Source: Antedon mediterranea
Lineage: Eukaryota > Animalia > Echinodermata
NCBI RefSeq assembly: GCF_964355755.1
Contig: NC_092675.1
Coordinates: 13,325,812-13,389,811, forward strand
Length of the DNA stretch: 64,000 nt
Reading direction: 5' to 3'
In this document: piece after piece, positions 1 to 11,000 of the stretch
Position numbering within the stretch: position 1 is the first letter of the stretch
Layout of the letters: every line of letters begins with the position of its first letter
Notes under the pieces: model-generated
Database searches by the model: none
What the model was told of the DNA's origin: nothing
The model's input: the letters and a program-made list of their open reading frames with translations, nothing else
Made by a program: the position numbers and the translations under genes

Positions 1-2250
1 TTTGTGATTTTCGAAAAAAAATTGTTAACATAAAAACACCAAAGTGTTTAGAATAGCTTCAAATCGCATTTGGAGACGTTTTAGACCAATTTGTGATTTT
101 CGAAAAAACTTATCAACATAAAAACACCAAAGGGTTTAGAATAGCTTCAAATCGCATTTGGAGACGTTTTAGACCATTTTGTGATTTTGAAAAAACTTGT
201 TAACATAAAAACACCAAAGTGCTTAGAATAGCTTCAAATCGCATTTGGAGACGTTTTAGACCATTTTGTGATTTTCGAAAAAACTTGTTAACATAAAAAC
301 ACCAAAGTGCTTAGAATAGCTTCAAATCGTATTTGGAGACGTTTTAGACCATTTTGAGATTTTCGAAAAAACTTGGTTACACAAAAACATCAAAGTGCTT
401 AAAATCACATTATAAACCGTTTTAGACCATTTTGAGCATTTCGGTAACACTTTTCACACAAAAACATCAAAGAGCACAAAATAGCTTAATATCGTATTTA
501 AAAACGTTTTAGACCATTTTGAGCCTTTAGACAAAACTTTTTCACACAAAACACCAAAGTGCTTAGAATAGCTTCAAATCGCATTTGGAGACGTTTTAGA
601 CCATTTTGTGCATTTCGATGAAACTTGGTTACACAAAAACATCAAAGTGCTTAAAATCACATTATAAATCGTTTTAGACCATTTTGAGCATTTCGACAAA
701 ACTTTTTCACACAAAATACCAAAGTGCTTAGAATAGCTTCAAATCGCATTTGGAGACGTTTTAGACCATTTTGTGATTTTCGAAAAAACTTTTTAACATA
801 AAAACACCAAAGTGCTTAGAATAGCTTCAAATCACATTTGGAGACGTTTTAGACCATAAGTGCTTAGAATCACATTATAAACCGTTTTAGACCATTTTGA
901 GCATTTCGATAACAATTTTCACACAAAAACACCAAAGAGCACAAAATAGCTTAATATCGTATTTAAAAATGTTTTAGACAATTTTGAGCATTTAGATAAA
1001 ACTTTTTCACACAAAACACCAAAGTTCTTAGAATAGCTTCAAATCGCATTTGGAGACGTTTTAGACCATTTTGTGATTTTTGAAAAAACTTGTTAACATA
1101 AAAACACCAAAGTGCTTAGAATAGCTTCAAATCACATTTGGAGACGTTTTAGACCATTTTGTGATTTTCGAAAAAACTTGTTAACATAAAAACACGAAAG
1201 TGCTTAGAATAGCTTCAAATCGCATTTGGAAACGTTTTAGACCATTTAGTGATTTTCGAAAAAACTTGTTAACATAAAAACACGAAAGTGCTTAGAATAG
1301 CTTCAAATCGCATTTGGAAACGTTTTAGACCATTTTGTGATTTTCGAAAAAAATTGTTAACATAAAAACACCAAAGTGTTTAGAATAGCTTCAAATCGCA
1401 TTTGGAGACGTTTTAGACCAATTTGTGATTTTCGAAAAAACTTATCAACATAAAAACACCAAAGGGTTTAGAATAGCTTCAAATCGCATTTGGAGACGTT
1501 TTAGACCATTTTGTGATTTTCGAAAAAACTTGTTAACATAAAAACACGAAAGTGCTTAGAATAGCTTCAAATCGCATTTGGAAACGTTTTAGACCATTTT
1601 GTGATTTTCGAAAAAACTTGTTAACATAAAAACATGAAAGTGCTTAGAATAGCTTCAAATCGTATTTGGAGACGTTTTAGACCATTTTGTGATTTTCGAA
1701 AAAACTTGTTAACATAAAAACACCAATGTGCTTAGAATAGCTTCAAATCGCATTTTGAGACGTTTTAGACCATTTTGTGCATTTCGATGAAACTTGGTTA
1801 CACAAAAACATCAAAGTGCTTAAAATCACATTATAAACCATTTTAGACCATTTTGAGCATTTCGATAACACTTTTCACACAAAAACATCAAAGAGCACAA
1901 AATAGCTTAATATCGTATTTAAAAACGTTTTAGACCATTTTGAGCATTTCGACAAAACTTTTTCACACAAAACACCAAAGTGCTTAGAATAGCTTCAAAT
2001 CGCATTTGGAGACGTTTTAGACCATTTTGTGATTTTCGAAAAAACTTGTTAACATAAAAACATCAAAGTGTACAGAATAACTTCAAATCGCATTTGGAGA
2101 CCGTTTTAGGCCAATTTGTGATTTTCGAAAAAACTTGTTAACCTAAAAATACCAAAGTGTTTAGAATAGCTTCAAATCGCATTTGGAGACGTTTTAGAAC
2201 ATTTTGTGATTTTCGAAAAAACTTGTTAACATAAAAACACCAAAGTGCTT
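1..2250 (+). repeat. Long-range copy: ~1-2250 matches ~35029-37278 (offset 35028); 1-~1460 also matches 10703-~12161 (offset 10702)
   Basis: Rare variants at constant offsets: gagcctttag at 521/11223/35549, accatttagt at 1241/11943/36269, gtgtacag at 2068/37096. Confidence 0.88.
847..884 (+). repeat. 38-bp deletion mini-monomer (ttttagaccataagtgcttagaatcacattataaaccg)
   Basis: The same junction ccataagtg is seen in monomers starting at 847, 3642, 11549, 14947, 23411, 23711, 26226, 28151, 35875, 39348, 42029, 51050, 55026, 61722 and 63118. Confidence 0.95.
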
Positions 2251-4629
2251 CAAATCGCATTTGGAGACATTTTAGACCAATTTGTGATTTTTGAAAAAAC
2301 TTGTTAACATAAAAACACCAAAGTGCTTACAATAGCTTCAAATCGTATTTGGAGACGTTTTAGACCATTTTGTGATTTTCGAAAAAACTTGTTAACATAA
2401 AAACACCAAAGTACTTAGAATAGCTTCAAATCGCATTTGGAGACGTTTTAGACCATTTTATGCATTTCGATGAAACTTGGTTACACAAAAACATCAAAGT
2501 GCTTAAAATCACATTATAATCCGTTTTAGACCATTTTGAGCATTTCGATAACACTTTTCACACAAAAACATCAAAGAGCACAAAATAGCTTAATATCGTA
2601 TTTAAAAACTTTTTAGACCATTTTGAGCATTTCGACAAAACTTTTTCACACAAAACACCAAAGTGCTTAGAATAGCTTCAAATCGCATTTGGAGACGTTT
2701 TAGACCATTTTGTGATTTTCGAAAAAAATTGTTAACATAAAAACACGAAAGTGCTTAGAATAGCTTCAAATCGCATTTGGAAACGTTTTAGACCATTTTG
2801 TGATTTTCGAAAAAAATTGTTAACATAAAAACACCAAAGTGTTTAGAATAGCTTCAAATCGCATTTGGAGACGTTTTAGACCAATTTGTGATTTTCGAAA
2901 AAACTTATCAACATAAAAACACCAAAGGGTTTAGAATAGCTTCAAATCGCATTTGGAGACGTTTTAGACCATTTTGTGATTTTGAAAAAACTTGTTAACA
3001 TAAAAACACAAAAGTGCTTAGAATAGCTTCAAATCGCATTTGGAGACGTTTTAGACCATTTTGTGATTTTCGAAAAAACTTGTTAACATAAAAACACCAA
3101 AGTGCTTAGAATAGCTTCAAATCGTATTTGGAGACGTTTTAGACCATTTTGAGATTTTCGAAAAAAATTGGTTACACAAAAACATCAAAGTGCTTAAAAT
3201 CACATTATAAACCGTTTTAGACCATTTTTAGCATTTCGGTAACACTTTTCACACAAAAACATCAAAGAGCACAAAATAGCTTAATATCGTATTTAAAAAC
3301 GTTTTAGACCATTTTGAGCATTTAGACAAAACTTTTTCACACAAAACACCAAAGTGCTTAGAATAGCTTCAAATCGCATTTGGAGACGTTTTAGACCATT
3401 TTGTGCATTTCGATGAAACTTGGTTACACAAAAACATCAAAGTGCTTAAAATCACATTATAAATCGTTTTAGACCATTTTGAGCATTTCGACAAAACTTT
3501 TTCACACAAAATACCAAAGTGCTTAGAATAGCTTCAAATCGCATTTGGAGACGTTTTAGACCATTTTGTGATTTTCGAAAAAACTTTTTAACATAAAAAC
3601 ACCAAAGTGCTTAGAATAGCTTCAAATCACATTTGGAGACGTTTTAGACCATAAGTGCTTAGAATCACATTATAAACCGTTTTAGACCATTTTGAGCATT
3701 TCGATAACAATTTTCACACAAAAACATCAAAGAGCACAAAATAGCTTAATATCGTATTTAAAAATGTTTTAGACCATTTTGAGCATTTAGATAAAACTTT
3801 TTCACACAAAACACCAAAGTGCTTAGAATAGCTTCAAATCGCATTTGGAGACGTTTTAGACCATTTTGTGATTTTTGAAAAAACTTGTTAACATAAAAAC
3901 ACCAAAGTGCTTAGAATAGCTTCAAATCACATTTGGAGATGTTTTAGACCATTTTGTGATTTTTGAAAAAACTTGTTAACATAAAAACACGAAAGTGCTT
4001 AGAATAGCTTCAAATCACATTTGGAGACGTTGTAGACCATTTTGTGATTTTTGAAAAAACTTGTTAACATAAAAACACGAAAGTGCTTAGAATAGCTTCA
4101 AATCGCATTTGGAAACGTTTTAGACCATTTTGTGATTTTCGAAAAAGATTGTTAACATAAAAACACCAATGTGCTTAGAATCACAATATAAACCGTTTTA
4201 GACCATTTTGAGCATTTCGATAACAATTTTCACACAAAAACATCAAAGAGCACAAAATAGCTTAATATTGTATTTATAAATGTTTTAGACCATTTTGAGC
4301 ATTTCGACAAAACTTTTTCACACAAAACACCAAAGTGCTTAGAATAGCTTCAAATCGCATTTGGAGACGTTTTTTATACCATTTTGTGATTTCGATGAAA
4401 CTTGATTACACAAAAACATCAAAGTGCTTAAAATCACATTATAAACCGTTTTAGACCATTTTGAGCATTTCGATAACACTTTTCACACAAAAACATCAAA
4501 GAGCACAAAATAGCTTAATATCGTATTTAAAAACGTTTTAGACCATTTTGAGCATTTAGACAAAACTTTTTCACACAAAACACCAAAGTGCTTAGAATAG
4601 CTTCAAATCGCATTTGGAGACGTTTTAGA
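1841..4629 (+). repeat. ~2.8-kb block duplicated at ~13146-15934 (offset 11305)
   Basis: Markers gtgtacag 2068/13373, ataag 3651/14956, tgtag 4031/15336 and atacc 4376/15681 all give offset 11305. Confidence 0.9.
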
Positions 4630-5830
4630 ACATTTTGTGCATTTCGATGAAACTTGGTTACACAAAAACATCAAAGTGCTTAAAATCACATTATAAATCG
4701 TTTTAGACCATTTTGAGCATTTCGACAAAACTTTTTCACACAAAATACCAAAGTGCTTAGAATAGCTTCAAATCGCATTTGGAGACGTTTTAGACCATTT
4801 TGTGATTTTCGAAAAAACTTTTTAACATAAAAACACCAAAGTGCTTAGAATAGCTTCAAATCACATTTGGAGACATTTTAGACCATTTTGTGATTTTCGA
4901 AAAAACTTGTTAACATAAAAACACGAAAGTGCTTAGAATAGCTTCAAATCGCATTTGGAAACGTTTTAGACCATTTTGTGATTTTCGAAAAAAATTGTTA
5001 ACATAAAAACACCAAAGTGCTTAGAATCACATTATAAACCGTTTTAGACCATTTTGAGCATTTCGATAACAATTTTCACACAAAAACATCAAAGAGCACA
5101 AAATAGCTTAATATCGTATTTAAAAATGTTTTAGACCATTTTGAGCATTTAGATAAAACTTTTTCACACAAAACACCAAAGTGCTTAGAATAGCTTCAAA
5201 TCGCATTTGGAGACGTTTTAGACCATTTTGTGATTTTTGAAAAAACTTGTTAACATAAAAACACCAAAGTGCTTAGAATAGCTTCAAATCACATTTGGAG
5301 ACGTTTTAGACCATTTTGTGATTTTCGAAAAAACTTGTTAACATAAAAACACGAAAGTGCTTAGAATAGCTTCAAATCGCATTTGGAAACGTTTTAGACC
5401 ATTTTGTGATTTTCGAAAAAACTTGTTAACATAAAAACACGAAAGTGCTTAGAATAGCTTCAAATCGCATTTGGAAACGTTTTAGACCATTTTGTGATTT
5501 TCGAAAAAAATTGTTAACATAAAAACACCAAAGTGTTTAGAATAGCTTCAAATCGCATTTGGAGACGTTTTAGACCAATTTGTGATTTTCGAAAAAACTT
5601 ATCAACATAAAAACACCAAAGGGTTTAGAATAGCTTCAAATCGCATTTGGAGACGTTTTAGACCATTTTGTGATTTTGAAAAAACTTGTTAACATAAAAA
5701 CACCAAAGTGCTTAGAATAGCTTCAAATCGCATTTGGAGACGTTTTAGACCATTTTGTGATTTTCGAAAAAACTTGTTAACATAAAAACACCAAAGTGCT
5801 TAGAATAGCTTCAAATCGTATTTGGAGACG

Positions 5831-6082
5831 TTTTAGACCATTTTGAGATTTTCGAAAAAACTTGGTTACACAAAAACATCAAAGTGCTTAAAATCACATT
5901 ATAAACCGTTTTAGACCATTTTGAGCATTTCGATAACACTTTTCACACAAAAACATCAAAGAGCACAAAATAGCTTAATATCGTATTTAAAAACGTTTTA
6001 GACCATTTTGAGCATTTCGACAAAACTTTTTCACACAAAACACCAAAGTGCTTAGAATAGCTTCAAATCGCATTTGGAGACG
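5831..6082 (+). repeat. Representative 252-bp B-C-D trimer cassette: B 78 bp (5831-5908), C 87 bp (5909-5995), D 87 bp (5996-6082)
   Basis: Anchors at 5831, 5909, 5996 and 6083. B tail is gtgcttaaaatcacattataaaccg, C tail is gagcacaaaatagcttaatatcgtatttaaaaacg, and D has its own head plus the A tail. The cassette recurs throughout, often twice in a row (e.g. 62361 and 62613). Confidence 0.95.
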
Positions 6083-7960
6083 TTTTAGACCAATTTGTGC
6101 ATTTCGATGAAACTTGATTACACAAAAACATCAAAGTGCTTAAAATCACATTATAAACCGTTTTAGACCATTTTGAGCATTTCGATAACACTTTTCACAC
6201 AAAAACATCAAAGAGCACAAAATAGCTTAATATCGTATTTAAAAACGTTTTAGACCATTTTGAGCATTTAGACAAAACTTTTTCACACAAAACACCAAAG
6301 TGCTTAGAATAGCTTCAAATCGCATTTGGAGACGTTTTAGAACATTTTGTGTTTTTCGAAAAAAACTGTTAACATAAAAACACCAAAGTGCTTAGAATAG
6401 CTTCAAATCGCATTTGGAGACGTTTTAGAACATTTTGTGTTCTTCGAAAAAACCTGTTAACATAAAAACACCAAAGTGCTTAGAATAGCTTCAAATCGCA
6501 TTCGGAGACGTTTTAGACCATTTTGTGATTTTTGAAAAAACTTGTTAACATAAAAACACCAAAGTGCTTAGAATAGCTTCAAATCACATTTGGAGACGTT
6601 TTAGACCATTTTGTGATTTTCGAAAAAACTTGTTAACATAAAAACACGAAAGTGCTTAGAATAGCTTCAAATCGCATTTGGAAACGTTTTAGACCATTTT
6701 GTGATTTTCGAAAAAAATTGTTAACATAAAAACACCAAAGTGCTTAGAATCACATTATAAACCGTTTTAGACCATTTTGAGCATTTCGATAACAATTTTC
6801 ACACAAAAACATCAAAGAGCACAAAATAGCTTAATATCGTATTTAAAAATGTTTTAGACCATTTTGAGCATTTAGATAAAACTTTTTCACACAAAACACC
6901 AAAGTGCTTAGAATAGCTTCAAATCGCATTTGGAGACGGTTTAGACCATTTTGTGATTTTGAAAAAACTTGTTAACATAAAAACACCAAAGTGCTTAGAA
7001 TAGCTTCAAATCGCATTTGGAGACGTTTTAGACCATTTTGTGATTTTCGAAAGAACTTGTTAACATAAAAACACCAAAGTGCTTAGAATAGCTTCAAATC
7101 GTATTTGGAGACGTTTTAGACCCTTTTGAGATTTTCGAAAAAACTTGGTTACACAAAAACATCAAAGTGCTTAAAATCACATTATAAACCGTTTTAGACC
7201 ATTTTGAACATTTCGATAACACTTTTCACACAAAAACATCAAAGAGCACAAAATAGCTTAATATCGTATTTAAAAACGTTTTAGACCATTTTGAGCATTT
7301 CGACAAAACTTTTTCACACCAAAGTGCTTAGAATAGCTTCAAATCGCATTTGGAGACGTTTTAGACCATTTTGTGATTTTCGAAAAAACTTATCAACATA
7401 AAAACACCAAAGGGTTTAGAATAGCTTCAAATCGCATTTGGAGACGTTTTAGACCATTTTGTGATTTTTGAAAAAACTTGTTAACATAAAAACACCAAAG
7501 TGCTTAGAATAGCTTCAAATCACATTTGGAGACGTTTTAGACCATTTTGTGATTTTCGAAAAAACTTGTTAACATAAAAACACGAAAGTGCTTAGAATAG
7601 CTTCAAATCGCATTTGGAAACGTTTTAGACCATTTTGTGATTTTCGAAAAAGATTGTTAACATAAAAACACCAAAGTGCTTAGAATCACAATATAAACCG
7701 TTTTAGACCATTTTGAGCATTTCGATAACAATTTTCACACAAAAACATCAAAGAGCACAAAATAGCTTAATATCGTATTTAAAAATGTTTTAGACCATTT
7801 TGAGCATTTAGATAAAATTTTTCACACAAAACACCAAAGTGCTTAGAATAGCTTCAAATCGCATTTGGAGACGGTTTAGACCATTTTGTGATTTTGAAAA
7901 AACTTGTTAACATAAAAACACCAAAGTGCTTAGAATAGCTTCAAATCGCATTTGGAGACG

Positions 7961-8048
7961 TTTTAGACCATTTTGTGATTTTCGAAAAAACTTGTTAACA
8001 TAAAAACACCAAAGTGCTTAGAATAGCTTCAAATCGCATTTGGAGACG
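7961..8048 (+). repeat. Representative type A monomer (88 bp consensus)
   Basis: ttttagaccattttgtgattttcgaaaaaacttgttaacataaaaacaccaaagtgcttagaatagcttcaaatcgcatttggagacg; next anchor at 8049; 28/88 G+C. Confidence 0.97.
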
Positions 8049-11000
8049 TTTTAGACCATTTTGTGATTTTCGAAAAAACTTGTTAACATAAAAACACCAA
8101 AGTGCTTAGAATAGCTTCAAATCGTATTTGGAGACGTTTTAGACCATTTTGAGATTTTCGAAAAAACTTGGTTACACAAAAACATCAAAGTGCTTAAAAT
8201 CACATTATAAACCGTTTTAGACCATTTTGAGCATTTCGATAACACTTTTCACACAAAAACATCAAAGAGCACAAAATAGCTTAATATCGTATTTAAAAAC
8301 GTTTTAGACCATTTTGAGCATTTCGACAAAACTTTTTCACACAAAACACCAAAGTGCTTAGAATAGCTTCAAATCGCATTTGGAGACGTTTTAGACCAAT
8401 TTGTGCATTTCGATGAAACTTGATTACACAAAAACATCAAAGTGCTTAAAATCACATTATAAACCGTTTTAGACCATTTTGAGCATTTCGATAACACTTT
8501 TCACACAAAAACATCAAAGAGCACAAAATAGCTTAATATCGTATTTAAAAACGTTTTAGACCATTTTGAGCATTTAGACAAAACTTTTTCACACAAAACA
8601 CCAAAGTGCTTAGAATAGCTTCAAATCGCATTTGGAGACGTTTTAGAACATTTTGTGTTTTTCGAAAAAAACTGTTAACATAAAAACACCAAAGTGCTTA
8701 GAATAGCTTCAAATCGCATTTGGAGACGTTTTAGAACATTTTGTGTTCTTCTAAAAAACCTGTTAACATAAAAACACCAAAGTGCTTAGAATAGCTTCAA
8801 ATCGCATTTGGAAACGTTTTAGACCATTTTGTGATTTTTGAAAAAACTTGTTAACATAAAAACACCAAAGTGCTTAGAATCACAATATAAACCGTTTTAG
8901 ACCATTTTGAGCATTTCGATAACAATTTTCACACAAAAACATCAAAGAGCACAAAATAGCTTAATATCGTATTTAAAAATGTTTTAGACCATTTTGAGCA
9001 TTTAGATAAAATTTTTCACACAAAACACCAAAGTGCTTAGAATAGCTTCAAATCGCATTTGAAGACGGTTTAGACCATTTTGTGATTTTGAAAAAACTTG
9101 TTAACATAAAAACACCAAAGTGCTAAGAATAGCTTCAAATCGCATTTGGAGACGTTTTAGACCATTTTGTGATTTTCGAAAAAACTTGTTAACATAAAAA
9201 CACCAAAGTGCTTAGAATAGCTTCAAATCGTATTTGGAGACGTTTTAGACCATTTTGAGATTTTCGAAAAAACTTGGTTACACAAAAACATCAAAGTGCT
9301 TAAAATCACATTATAAACCGTTTTAGACCATTTTGAACATTTCGATAACACTTTTCACACAAAAACATCAAAGAGCACAAAATAGCTTAATATCGTATTT
9401 AAAAACGTTTTAGACCATTTTAAGCATTTCGACAAAACTTTTTCACACAAAACACCAAAGTGCTTAGAATAGCTTCAAATCGCATTTGGAGACGTTTTAG
9501 ACCAATTTGTGCATTTCGATGAAACTTGATTACACAAAAACATCAAAGTGCTTAAAATCACATTATAAACCGTTTTAGACCATTTTGAGCATTTCGATAA
9601 CACTTTTCACACAAAAACATCAAAGAGCACAAAATAGCTTAATATCGTATTTAAAAACGTTTTAGACCATTTTGAGCATTTAGACAAAACTTTTTCACAC
9701 AAAACACCAAAGTGCTTAGAATAGCTTCAAATCGCATTTGGAGACGTTTTAGACCATTTTGTGCATTTCGATGAAACTTGGTTACACAAAAACATCAAAG
9801 TGCTTAAAATCACATTATAAATCGTTTTAGACCATTTTGAGCATTTCGACAAAACTTTTTCACACAAAATACCAAAGTGCTTAGAATAGCTTCAAATCGC
9901 ATTTGGAGACGTTTTAGACCATTTTGTGATTTTCGAAAAAACTTTTTAACATAAAAACACCAAAGTGCTTAGAATAGCTTCAAATCACATTTGGAGACAT
10001 TTTAGACCATTTTGTGATTTTCGAAAAAACTTGTTAACATAAAAACACGAAAGTTCTTAGAATAGCTTCAAATCGCATTTGGAAACGTTTTAGACCATTT
10101 TGTGATTTTCGAAAAAAATTGTTAACATAAAAACACCAAAGTGCTTAGAATCACATTATAAACCGTTTTAGACCATTTTGAGCATTTCGATAACAATTTT
10201 CACACAAAAACATCAAAGAGCACAAAATAGCTTAATATCGTATTTAAAAATGTTTTAGACCATTTTGAGCATTTAGATAAAACTTTTTCACACAAAACAC
10301 CAAAGTGCTTAGAATAGCTTCAAATCGCATTTGGAGACGTTTTAGACCATTTTGTGATTTTTGAAAAAACTTGTTAACATAAAAACACCAAAGTGCTTAG
10401 AATAGCTTCAAATCACATTTGGAGACGTTTTAGACCATTTTGTGATTTTCGAAAAAACTTGTTAACATAAAAACACGAAAGTGCTTAGAATAGCTTCAAA
10501 TCGCATTTGGAAACGTTTTAGACCATTTTGTGATTTTCGAAAAAACTTGTTAACATAAAAACACGAAAGTGCTTAGAATAGCTTCAAATCGCATTTGGAA
10601 ACGTTTTAGACCATTTTGTGATTTTCGAAAAAACTTGTTAACATAAAAACACGAAAGTGCTTAGAATAGCTTCAAATCGCATTTGGAAACGTTTTAGACC
10701 ATTTTGTGATTTTCGAAAAAAAATTGTTAACATAAAAACACCAAAGTGTTTAGAATAGCTTCAAATCGCATTTGGAGACGTTTTAGACCAATTTGTGATT
10801 TTCGAAAAAACTTATCAACATAAAAACACCAAAGGGTTTAGAATAGCTTCAAATCGCATTTGGAGACGTTTTAGACCATTTTGTGATTTTGAAAAAACTT
10901 GTTAACATAAAAACACCAAAGTGCTTAGAATAGCTTCAAATCGCATTTGGAGACGTTTTAGACCATTTTGTGATTTTCGAAAAAACTTGTTAACATAAAA

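Noticed and set aside
5889-5908. TATA-like motif (ttataaa) in B tails as a promoter
   Set aside because: It is expected by chance in AT-rich DNA and repeated only because the monomer is repeated; there is no downstream gene or transcription evidence.
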